A stretch of DNA of 64,000 bases, from assembly GCA_942490775.1 (NCBI GenBank), contig CALNYL010000013.1:22981-86980 (forward strand), read 5' to 3'. Shown here piece by piece: positions 12,130 through 22,977 of the stretch (the stretch's first letter is position 1; each line of letters opens with the position of its first letter). The notes beneath the pieces were generated by a model. The model was given only the letters and a program-made list of their open reading frames with translations. It was not told the DNA's origin and made no database searches. Position numbers and translations under genes: made by a program. The DNA comes from an uncultured bacterium (lineage in GTDB: Bacteria; Patescibacteriota; Gracilibacteria; BD1-5; UBA6164).

Positions 12130-12834
12130 CTATAAATAAGTTCCTAATAAAAATATTGTTTCTTTGACTAAATTTTCTTTAATCCACTTTTTTTTCTTAT
12201 CTTCTACAACTATTCCAAGTCAATCTAATATATTATAATTAGGTCAAAGACCATTTATAAACTCTATAACTTCCTGAATATAAACGGTAAACGATTTTCA
12301 TGTTATACTCTCTATTCTCCCCTTATTTATCAGCATATTTTTACTAACTATAAAATGAATATCATAAATATCTCTGTTCGCTGTTTTATTTCTTCATAAT
12401 AAAGCTAAAAATTTATTAGCACACATATCCTCAATCTTCATAACATTAAAATCTATTCACATCAATGTTTTTGCCTCAGCTTCTCAGGTAACTCATCTTC
12501 TATTTATTTCGACCTTTATATTATAATCTATTTTTGAGTATAATAAAAGTCAAAATATAGTATATCTTTTTATAATCAAACTTTTCACATCTCAATGCTT
12601 TTTTAGTATTTTTCATACTCTTTTCAAAATATCATCCTCATCAACATCATTTTTTGATAAATCAAAATCTAAATCAGTAGAAAATCTATCCAAACCATAA
12701 AATAATAATAAAGCAGTTCCTCATTTAAATACAAGATTTCTTCACAAAACAGGGTCTTTTGAAAAATCAAATAATATTCTAAGAAGATAGCTTTTATGCC
12801 TAGACATATCTAGTCTTGAAATTATTGCATTCAT
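12130..12834 (-). CDS. abiEii: AbiEii/AbiGii-family nucleotidyltransferase toxin (type IV TA)
   Basis: 234 aa. Contains RNLVFKGGTALLLFYGLDRFSTDLDFD, the hallmark of the DUF1814/AbiEii family. The start overlaps the upstream antitoxin gene by 13 nt. Confidence 0.85.
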
Positions 12835-13397
12835 TTTTTTGTATAAGTTAGTAATAAGTTTTCAAGTTTTCTAGAATTATATATTTTTATTAGTTCATTT
12901 ACTATATTAAAGTCTAAATCATCTAAATTATCAAAATATGTTTCTCAAAATATATAAAGAGTATCTAAAAAAGCTCTTTCCTTTGAGGCTATAGAATAAT
13001 TATCTTTTACTTCTATTCACTCAGGATTAAATAACAAATCATCTTTTAGTTTTTTCAAAACTATATCAAACTCAGTCATCTTTTTTGTATCACTTTTTTT
13101 ATATGCTAAATAAATATTATTTTCATATTGAAATATAATTTTGTGATAATAAAGAGCAGAAAAAAAAGAAATATAACTAGGTGAATAAATCTTATTTGCA
13201 AGTTCAAATTTATGATAGTTTTTTCATCTAATAGAGTAAATTCATTTAGCTACATTTGTAAGTATTCATTTCTTTTCATAAAAAGATATTCTATTTCTTA
13301 GATACCCATCAGAACTATGCTTTATAAAATGAGAAAGCTCACTTACACTAAAAAGTGTTTGTTTATTTTGAATAAGTTCAATTTTTTTTTGATTCAT
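12822..13397 (-). CDS. abiEi: AbiEi-family antitoxin / transcriptional regulator
   Basis: 191 aa. Contains KGIYSIRGKNY ... IYSPSYISFFSALYYHKII, the AbiEi pattern, immediately upstream of and overlapping the AbiEii gene. Confidence 0.8.
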
Positions 13398-13474
13398 ATA
13401 CTGTATGTAATACTATAGTGTTATATGTAGTATACAATATAAAGTAATTTTTTGCAAACTTTTAAATAGTTTAT

Positions 13475-13503
13475 TTCCCCTTCCTTAGCAAGGAGGGAGC
13501 TAG
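13475..13503 (-). repeat. Hairpin repeat family, short copy
   Basis: The reverse complement reads CTAGCTCCCTCCTTGCTAAGGAAGGGGAAA. It sits between the AbiEi start and the ABC copy 2 stop. Confidence 0.5.
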
Positions 13504-13512
13504 GGGGTGGTT

Positions 13513-15291
13513 TTAAAACCCACTCTGCAAATCCAACATCCTCTTATAAATCCCTTTCTTTTTTACCAACTCCTTATGATCTCACTCCTCAACTACTCTC
13601 CCTCACTCTATTACAAAAATCTTATCCGCATGCTTAACAGTCTGCAACCTATGAGCTATTATTATAACTGTTCTATCCTTAAACAAATTATGCATAGCCT
13701 TTGTTATAAGCTCCTCTGAAAAACTATCCAAAGCAGAAGTTGGCTCATCCAATATAATAATATTCGGATTCTTTAAAAATATCTTGGCAATAGCAAGTCT
13801 CTGTCTTTGTCATCAACTAAGCCTCACTCCTCTTTCTCAAATCTCAGTATTTATTCCATAAGGTAAACCCTTTATAAATTCACATTTTGCTAATTTTATA
13901 GCCTTCTCTATTTTTTCCTCATCCACATTTTCACCTGCAGCATAAATCAAATTCTCCAAAATAGTTCAATCAAAAACAGAAGGTTCCTGAGTTAAATATC
14001 ATATTTCTTTATAATAACTCTTCAAAGAAACCTCACTAAGCTTCTGTCAATCAACTAAAATTTCTCCAAAATTAGGACTAATATAACCAGAAATTAATTT
14101 AACCAATGTAGACTTTCATCATCAGCTATTTCAAACTAATGCTGTAACCTTTCATCACTTTATTTCTAAACCGAAATCATTAAGCACATCATTATTATAA
14201 CTATATCAAAAAGTTATATTTTTTAATTCAATATCTCACTTTTTATATTTAAAGTTTTTTCATGTTTCATATCATTCTATTTTTGAAGTATTATCAAAAA
14301 AATCCCACATTTTTTCAATTTTTGTAAATTTATGGGTAAAATCAGAATAAAAAATCATTGAGTTTATTATTACATTATTCATTATTGTTAATATTCAGAA
14401 TAATCATACAAACAAAGAAAATTCAGCATTTCATAAAATAACTTGATATCACAAAAATGTAAATATTAGAATTTTTACTGTATTTATAAAAATAGATGGA
14501 GTATAAAAGAACCAATGTGTTGGTGTTGCCATATTCATACTTTCCCTTAACATACCATAATTTATCACATTTATATTTTTTAATTCTTTTTCTATTTGTC
14601 ATGTTTGTAATATCTCAAATTTTGACATCAAAACTTTAACCAGCTGTCATGTGTAATCATTCCAAACATCTTGTCTTTTTCTTCTGAATTTAAGAGATTT
14701 GTTATTAAAATATTCTCAAGCAATATGAACTAGTATGTATAAAATAATAAAAACAAGAGAAGCCCAAATATTTACAGTTCAAATCATATAGATAGTAAAT
14801 AGTAATGTAAAAACAACTTTAAAAATATTTTCTGTTGTTTTATCTAGAAGCAAAGCCCAAGTATCCATCCCTGTTCCTATTATAGAAACCAATTTTCCAG
14901 TTCAAAATTTTTCAGTTTTAGTATTTGAAAGCTTAACAAATTCATCTAAGTAATAATTGTGAATAGGTTTTCTAAAAATATTTACAGTACTTAAGTATCA
15001 CCATGCTCTTGTATAAAATGCCAATATGTAATTTAAAATAACAAAAATACTATAAATTATTATAATGATAATAAATGTTTCTTTATTTTTATCTTCAATT
15101 GTTTCTGTGATTTTCTGAGCAAAAAATACATGCATTAATGGTGCTATTGCCCAAATACTATAAAATACAAACGACTTGAGAGTTACTACTTTATCCTCAA
15201 GATAAGGTTTAGTAAATCTCTTTGCTATTTCAAAAAATGTTCTTTCTTTAGTTTGCATACTTGAAATAATATAAAAAATATCAGAAAACAC
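13513..15291 (-). CDS. ABC exporter, fused permease and ATP-binding domains, copy 2 (paralog)
   Basis: 592 aa. Every codon was checked; no TAA or TAG. SGGGKST Walker A (TGA x3), [35 protein letters not shown]. Confidence 0.9.
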
Positions 15292-15330
15292 ATATTACAA
15301 ATAAACTACAAATTCACAAATGCAAATATA

Positions 15331-15358
15331 TTCCCCTCCGTAGAATGTAGGGGCTATG
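15331..15358 (-). repeat. Hairpin repeat family, short copy
   Basis: The reverse complement reads CATAGCCCCTACATTCTACGGAGGGGAA. Confidence 0.45.
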
Positions 15359-15367
15359 GAGTAAAAA

Positions 15368-15550
15368 CTAAAACCCACTCTGTAAATCCAGCATCCTCTT
15401 ATAAATACCTTTCTGATGAATTAACTCCTTATGATTTCACTCCTCCTTAATCATTCAATCCTCTATCACAAATATATTATCCGCCTCCTTAACCGTCTGA
15501 AGTCTATGAGCTATAATTATAACAGTCCTATTCTCAAATAAACTATGCAT
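15368..15550 (-). pseudogene. Orphan 3' fragment of an ABC exporter gene (last ~60 codons only)
   Basis: Encodes [60 protein letters not shown]. The DNA is close to the 3' end of copy 1 (10382-10570). No upstream ABC sequence is present. Confidence 0.8.
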
Positions 15551-15618
15551 TGCCAAGTATGCAGTAAAAGTTTAAACTACAGAAAAATGCTTAAGTTGGG
15601 GCTAGGAATAATAAAAAT

Positions 15619-15707
15619 TATAAAATTACAAAGGAGCAGTTGAGGTTTTTGGAGGGGAAAGTTTTGGAGTTGAGGGAGTTGGTGGAAGAGATTTGTGGTG
15701 AGGAGAT
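15619..15707 (+). repeat. 89-nt direct repeat, copy 1
   Basis: TATAAAATTACAAAGGAGCAGTTGAGGTTTTTGGAGGGGAAAGTTTTGGAGTTGAGGGAGTTGGTGGAAGAGATTTGTGGTGAGGAGAT. It matches 17183-17272 with scattered A/G differences. Confidence 0.8.
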
Positions 15708-16004
15708 TGAAGTATTACCGCATTAGACAGACTCTACAGTTAATTTTTATTGATTGCTTGAATAGTTTTAATAAATTTTTTCTCTTCTTGTTTTAAAAGG
15801 TTATCATATAAATCTATTAAAACTTTTATATTTATATCTTTATTTCATCATGAAATAACTTTTTCATATCTTTGCAATATTTTTTCCCATATTTTAAAGA
15901 TTCAAAAAAATATCTATTTTTATCATCACAAGCTTCAAAAAGGCATTAAATCTCTTATTTTTAGACTTACTGACTACAAAAGTTCAACTAGGATCTAAAA
16001 TTTG

Positions 16005-17015
16005 TTACCAGATAAAAATAGCAATCCTATTAAAAAATTCTAGAGGAGGTTCATTATGATTTTTTAATTTATTTGATATTTTTTTAAAAAGATTTGTTGT
16101 GTTTCAAGTAGCATGTCAACTTTGATCATTTTGTGTTGATGAAGTTTCTGATGCAAGTAGTCTTTCTATAATTCTATTAACTATCTTTTCTAATTTTTCT
16201 CATAGATTCTTTTTTTTATCATTATCATTTCATTTTAAAATTTCACTTATAAATAAATCTGGGTCATTATTTATCTTTACACCAGAAATATTTTTCCTTT
16301 CGAGATACTGGTTAATTTCTTCTTCATTTCATCTCTTTAAAAATCTTAAAATTGTACCTATAAAATCTTCTTTACTGTTAATTTTTTCTTTTAAATTAAA
16401 ATTTTTCTGTATAGTTACTATTTCATTAGAATTTTGAGGTAAATTAAAAGCTATTTTAAAAGCTTTTGTTATATTATTAAAGCTTTTTATTTGTCTATCA
16501 TAAAAAAAACTAAAGACTAAGAATATATTTTCTAGTTGGTATGTATTTATTGGTTCTTGACGAACTATCCATGTGGCAAAGGCATATTGATAATCTCCTA
16601 AAACTAACCAAATTTTCATAAGATATTCTATATCTTGATCTGTTTTAAATTTTTTTACTAAATCTCTAGAATTTTCTTCTCAATAAAAAGTAGTTAATTT
16701 TTCTACATTTTCTTCTTCTTTTATTTCGGTAATTAATTCAGAAAAAGAGATATGATATCCTAAACATAAATCCACTAAATCTGTATGTTTTAATATCAAA
16801 TCAATTCATCCATTCCTTAACCATTCTTGTTCTTCATTTTTCAAAGTAAATCTTGATAATATTGATTCCAAGCAATTTAAATCGTCTGAAGAAGTTTGAT
16901 TTCCTACTTTTGGGAGTCTTAAATTTACAGCTTCATTTGTATTAGGGGAAAATAATATCGTATTTTGAAGACCGCTATTATCTGGATTAAACGCTGCTTG
17001 AGTTTCTGCTATCAT
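16005..17015 (-). CDS. Hypothetical protein (336 aa)
   Basis: ATG 17015. Two track ORFs join through TGA codons in one frame, which was checked to TAA 16005-16007. No recognised motif. Confidence 0.6.
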
Positions 17016-17182
17016 ATTTATTTTTTGCTACTAATTTACTTATTTATATATATTATAACATAATATTTTATTTTATTCAAATTTATGTGAATGACTTAGA
17101 TAAGTCTATTTAGAGATATTAATTAGATATTTATGGTTTAAATGTATTAAATATACTTACTGTTACTAGGTTTAACAAAAAC

Positions 17183-17272
17183 TATAAAATTAAAAAAAGA
17201 GCAGTTGAAGTTTTTGGAAGGGAAAATTTTGGAGTTAAAAGAGTTAGTGGAAGAGATTTGTGGGGAGGAGAT
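17183..17272 (+). repeat. 89-nt direct repeat, copy 2
   Basis: TATAAAATTAAAAAAAGAGCAGTTGAAGTTTTTGGAAGGGAAAATTTTGGAGTTAAAAGAGTTAGTGGAAGAGATTTGTGGGGAGGAGAT. Confidence 0.8.
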
Positions 17273-17298
17273 GGGAAGGAATGAAAAAAAATAAAAAA

Positions 17299-17754
17299 TT
17301 AACTAACTTTTAATAAAAACTTTGAATATGACATATTTGATTCTAGTCCAAAATACTCTTTGTTTTCTAAAATAATTCTACTTATACTAATAATTGCATC
17401 ATTTCCTTTATTATGTCTTCTAATAAGTTCCCTAATAACTTTTTCTCATAATCATTCAAATATTCATTTAAGCTTTGGATTTTCTAATAAATTTTCTTGA
17501 GATTCTATATTATTACTATAAATTTTTATAAAATCATCTATTGTTTTTTTTACTTTAAAGTCATTAATATCATCTAACTCTACAGTAAATCATAAATCTA
17601 TTATGTCTTTTACTAGAGTACTAATAGAGCCTCAAAGTCTTTCTATTTCAGTAAGTTTATTTCTTAATTCAGACATTTTTATTGATATTTGCCCTTGTTT
17701 TTCTTTTTCTGTGGCTAAATTTAAAGCAAGATCTTCTATAGTTAAATGATTCAT
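17299..17754 (-). CDS. Hypothetical protein (151 aa)
   Basis: ATG 17754, open with TGA=Gly to TAA 17299-17301. MNHLTIEDLALNLATEKEKQGQISIKMSELRNKLTEIERLGG... has a helical, coiled-coil-like composition. Confidence 0.5.
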
Positions 17755-17903
17755 ATTATTCTTATGTACTTAAAAACTAAAAACAAATAAATTATCTTTA
17801 AAAAAATATTTTTGTCAAACTTATTTGACAATTTAATAAAAAAGCCTTATAATAAAAATGTTTTCTACTTTAGAAAATTTATTTTTTTTAAAAATTTTAA
17901 ATT

Positions 17904-18071
17904 ATGGGACAAGAATATCCTGATGATGAAAATAAATATAAAAGACAAGCCATAACTGAAGCTTTACAATTGATTACAGAAAAAAATGTTGATGAATATA
18001 AAGAAATTTTAATAGATCTTTTAGGAGAAGAATATGCGAGAGCTTATTTTAATAAACTTCTAAAAAAATAA
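17904..18071 (+). CDS. Small hypothetical ORF (55 aa)
   Basis: MGQEYPDDENKYKRQAITEALQLITEKNVDEYKEILIDLLGEEYARAYFNKLLKK. ORF evidence only. Confidence 0.3.
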   Translation: MGQEYPDDENKYKRQAITEALQLITEKNVDEYKEILIDLLGEEYARAYFNKLLKK

Positions 18072-18184
18072 AAAAAAATAAAATAATATATACACTGAGT
18101 CAGATTTTCCATTCCTATTTCCCTTGACTTCCCCCACAAACATATGATAGAATTACAACAAACACTAAAAAGTAATTCAAGATT

Positions 18185-18880
18185 ATGCTGATAACCTCCT
18201 TTGACCTATACTGAAACGAAAAAAGCCAACACCATGGAATAGAAATATACCATGATATATCTTTTGATTGAAAAAAATTACAACACAGCACCCCACAAAA
18301 AAAAGAAGTCTGAAAAAACGAACTAACAAACACCCTAAATAAAAGCGATTACAAAATCTGCCACAACTTCTACTGATACGACTGACCAAAACTACCATCA
18401 CTAAAAAATCACCACACCAACAACATAGACACCCTACTAATAGACTGCCTAATATCCATTAATCAAACACACCACAACCTAAAAAAATCCATAAACAACA
18501 CACCACTAGAAGATGCACACACCACTTTCAAAGTACTAGAAAAAAATCTAATAAAATTTCATAATTTTCCTTTTGAAATAAAAAATACACTATATTCATT
18601 ACTTATAAAATGCGAAAAATACAACGACTTTTTTATTTTCTATAACAAACTCACCTGATGAAAACTAAAAATTCTTAATAAATCTGAAATAATTGAAAAT
18701 ATTTCTAATTTATTAGACCAAAAGCAAATAAACTCTTCTGAAAATATCAAACTATTAGAAAAATATCTAATAGAGGAAAAATATTCAAAATATTGAAGCC
18801 CTCTTCCCTTATCTAAGGGAATAGATTCAGAGATGGGTTATTTTAGTAAAAACTCCACAAATAAACTAGCACTAGCATAG
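18185..18880 (+). CDS. Hypothetical protein (231 aa) whose last ~28 codons run through a hairpin repeat
   Basis: ATG 18185 to TAG 18878-18880. A/C-rich coding-strand composition like neighbouring plus-strand genes. It is in the same frame as the downstream helicase gene. Confidence 0.5.
18795..18839 (+). repeat. Hairpin repeat family copy inside an ORF
   Basis: GAAGCCCTCTTCCCTTATCTAAGGGAATAGATTCAGAGATGGGTT. Confidence 0.8.
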
Positions 18881-21323
18881 TTGGTTATATTTATTTATAA
18901 AAATACTGCTCTATTACCAGATTTTATACTAAATAGTAATATAAAACTCAAAGATGAGTTGAGAGGATTGTTAAATAATTTTTACTCAAATATATCTAAA
19001 AAGCTAAATGATAATATAAAATCTTATCTGAAAGAATTTTCATGATTTAAAAGTTTTAGATGAGAAACTCAGATAAAATGAGTTAGCAATAGTCTAGAAA
19101 ACAATGATTTTTTGACTATTCTTTCAACCTGAGGTTGAAAATCTCTTATTTATCAACTTCCTGCATGGCTAGTGTGAAAGAAGTTATGACATCTTACACT
19201 GATAATCACACCATTAAAAGCCCTTATAAAAGACCAAATAGACTGACTAAGAAATAAAAACTTTAATGAAGTTAATTATTTATCATGAGATCAAAATGCA
19301 ATTGAAAAAGATATGATACACAACAAAGTAAAATCATGAGAAACTAAGATTTTATTTATAACTCCTGAATCATTGAGAAATGAAAAAATATTAGAACTTT
19401 TGCAAAATAGATATATTTCAAGGATTGTTGTTGATGAAGCTCATACTTTGATACTTTGGGGACAAGAGTTTAGACCAGATTATTTTTTTATAAAACATTT
19501 TCTAAATGATATTCAAAGTAGAAATTTAAACAATAAGATAAATCTAACATTATTAACTGCTACAGCCACTGTTGATGTAGAAAAATGAATAAAGGATTAT
19601 TTTAAAGAAAGAGATATAAAATTAATAAAAGCCAAAGAATTGTTAAAAGAAAATATAAAATGAAGTGTAATAAATATAACTAATGAAAGTGATAAAATTG
19701 ATATTCTTTTGAGAAAGATAGAGGAAATAAATATAGAGGAAAATCCAAGTATAATATTTACTCAAAAAAGAGATACAGCCGAAGAAATAGAAAAGCATTT
19801 AAACAGCGAATGAATAAAATCTAGGTTTTTTCATGCTTGAATATTTAGGAATGAAAAGAAAAAAATACAAGATGATTTTATAAGGGGTGAGATTAATCTA
19901 ATAATTGCAACAAAAGCATTTGGTATGTGAATAGATAAAGCAAATGTAAGATATGTTATCCACTATGATTTACCCTCAAATATTGAAGACTATACACAAG
20001 AAATATGAAGAGCATGAAGAGATTGAAAAATTTCTAGAAATATAATATTTTACAATAAAAAAGAAGTTGATAAAAGAGTTAAACAACTAAATTTTGATTG
20101 ACTGAGATATTTTCATGTGCTGAACTTTTTAAAAAATATGTACTTATCTGATAACAAAGAAAAATATATATTAACCCCAAGACAGATAGCTTCTAAAAGC
20201 TGGATTAAAACGGATAAAAAAAACTGGACAACAAGTGTGAAAAATCTACTTAATTTTTTAGAACAACAAAAAATTGGTTGAATAAATATTCTTAGCAGAA
20301 AATACGATCGTACAGGTGTTTTATTCAATAAAATTGAAAAAAAGATATTACTGGATTCCTATAAACTAATTGAAAAAGATTGATATCTAGATGAAGAAGA
20401 AAAAAATAGCAAAAGAAGTATATATATAAAATTGTGGAACAGAAAAAGCCTTAGACTTAAATAATCTGGAGGAGAATTTTAGTGAAAGTTTATGAGAAAA
20501 ATTTGATTTTAAAAAAGTAAATGTAAGAAAAATAGTTAAAAAAATTGAATCATTAAAGATATTATCCAAATCTAAAAATAACAAAGAAGCAGACATATCA
20601 ATTGAGGCTTGAAATGTACTAAAAGATGAGAGCTTTAGAAAAAATATTTTTAATATATACCGTAAAAGAGTTTGAAAAATAGAAAATTTTAAGGAAAGTA
20701 ATGAAAAATGCAGTTTTTATGAAAAAATTAAAAATTACTATCTTTTCAGAAATTATATATCAGAAAAGCAGTGAAAAGTTATAGTGAGAGATAAAACTTA
20801 CTTGATAAAACATTTTGAAAAAAGCTTTAAAATATGAAAAATAATAATAGAAAAAATATTTCCAAACGAAGAATCATATGAAAAAAAAATAGTATTAAAT
20901 TTAGATGATTTACTACTATACATACAAAATACTTATAAAAGTGATTTTACCATAAGTGAATTAAAAACAGTTTTATTCTTTTTAGACTCACTAGGTCTTA
21001 TAAAAATAAGAAACTGACTATTAGTATTTCTAACAAGATATAGTCTATATTTCAACGAAAAAGTCTATAAAAATCCAGAAGATTTTAAGAAAAAAGTTAA
21101 TACTGAAGAATTAAAAAAAGAATTAATAGAAAAACTAGAAGAATTTAAAACAGTAAAAATAAATAAACTATTAGCTCTTCAAAAAATAGTTGAAGTATTA
21201 AGTAGAGACTGAAAAGATGAATACACAAAACTAACCAGATACTATTTTAATACTCCCATAAAGGAATTTACTCAAAAAACTTGCATAAAAAATAAACTCA
21301 ATATACTTGCCTCACTAAAATAA
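18881..21323 (+). CDS. RecQ-family DNA helicase with a long C-terminal extension; frame broken once at an A5 run
   Basis: Motifs [80 protein letters not shown]. No ATG lies upstream; TTG 18881 is the first possible start. Frame 1 ends at TAA 20462-20464. A second frame, open from 20430 with no start codon, runs to TAA 21321-21323. Confidence 0.8.
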
Positions 21324-21360
21324 AGCTATCCTAAAATATAAAACTAGATTTTTAAAATAA

Positions 21361-21395
21361 GGTCAGCTTGTCAACAGAGGGCTTTAGCCCTTTGA
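21361..21395. repeat. Short hairpin motif, copy A (partner at 56843-56872 in inverse orientation)
   Basis: The reverse complement TCAAAGGGCTAAAGCCCTCTGTTGACAAGC matches TCAAAGGGCTAAAGTCATCTGTTGACCAAC at most positions. Confidence 0.6.
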
Positions 21396-21442
21396 ATAAT
21401 TCATTTTTAGAACAAATATTATATCAAATAACTACAAATAAA

Positions 21443-22817
21443 GTGTTAGCAAAAATAACAATAATAGGAAGACCAAATGTTTGAAAATCAAGCTTTTTTA
21501 ATATGTTCGTATGACATAAAATCGCAATAGTAGCAGACAAACCATGAACTACTAGAGATATAAGTGAATTTGAATATACCGATTCAGAAGCAGATTTAAC
21601 CTATATCGTAGCAGATTCAGGAGGACTAGACTTTTGAAGTAAAGAAGATATTATTGCAGATGATATAATAGAAAGAACCAAAAAAGCAATAGACGAATCA
21701 GATTTACTAGTCTGGATTATAGAATATGATAGATTTACTGATTTAGATGAACAAATTTTAAAAATTCTAAAAAAGAAAAACTATAAAAACTACATAGTAG
21801 TTGCAAATAAAGCAGATAATGAAAATATGATTATGGAAGCTTACTGACTTGCTTGAAAATGAGAGCTAGATTTTTTTCCAGTATCTGTATCACACAACCT
21901 ATGAATTCAAGACATAAGAAAATATATAGCAAAATACTTAAAAGGAAAATGATTAAACTATAAAATAGAAGAGTTAGATGAATCTGTTATAAAATTAGCA
22001 ATTGTTTGAAGACCAAATGTTTGAAAATCCAGTATGATGAATGCTATTGTTTGAAAAGATAGGGTTATGGTTAAGGATATGCCTCATACTACTAGAGATA
22101 GTATAGATACAAAAATTTGTATATGATGATAAGGACTTTATACTAATAGATACAGCAGGTATCAGAAGATTATCAAGAGTTTGAACAAAAAATATAGAAA
22201 ACTGGTCAGTTATGAGAACTCAAAGGGCTTTAAAAAGGGCTGATATAATAACTGTAGTAATAGATTGATTTGAGTGAATAGTACAGCAAGATTTAAGTAT
22301 AGTTTCAACGGTTTTAGAAGAAAAAAAGTGATTAATAATTGTAGTAAATAAATGGGATAAGGTTTTAGCAAAGCCTTGAGTAGATAAAGAAACTATGATG
22401 GCTAGGTATATAAACTATTTAAAAGAGAAAATAGAATTTCTACCTTGGGTTCCTGTTATTTTCACTTCTGCTTTAAATAAAAAGAGAACAGACGAAATAA
22501 TTAAGATGGCTCTCCAAATAGATGGTGAAAGAAAAAAGAGAGTGAAAACTTGAATATTTAATGAATTTTTAGAGCAGGTTATATACAAACATCCGCCTAC
22601 TTGAAATAAGAAGTCTCATAGTCCTAAAATATATTATGGTTCACAGGTCGATACGAATCCTCCTAAGTTTTTAATTTCGGTAAATAATCCAAATCACTTT
22701 CATTTTTCTTATAAAAGATATTTGGAAAATAAGATAAGATCTAATTTTTGATTTAGCTGAACTCCTATTACTATAGAATATAAGGGGAGATGAAAATATA
22801 GTGATGTAAGAAAGTAG
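21443..22817 (+). CDS. der: Ribosome-associated GTPase Der (EngA), two GTPase domains; frame broken once at an A5 run
   Basis: GD1 P-loop IIGRPNVGKSSFFN (Gly is TGA at 21482-21484). GD2 IVGRPNVGKSSMMN, DTAGIRR, NKWD. Frame 1 stops at TAA 22130-22132. Deleting one A from 22111-22115 restores [21 protein letters not shown] start assumed. Confidence 0.9.
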
Positions 22818-22977
22818 AGAGAGAGTTATTTTTTGTAAAAGAATATTAGGTATATTATTAGAAAAAATAGGGGAGAGTACATTATTGCATATGCTGTAGC
22901 TTTTTTCATAGAGAAAATTTTATGAATATAAGATTTTTTTATTAAATCTGTATAGAGAATTTTAAATATAATCCATC

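Noticed and set aside
18115-18401. Two overlapping 72-aa minus-strand ORFs.
   Set aside because: They are antisense to the longer plus-strand ORF 18185-18880, whose A/C-rich composition matches other plus-strand genes. Their translations are Cys/Phe-rich low complexity.
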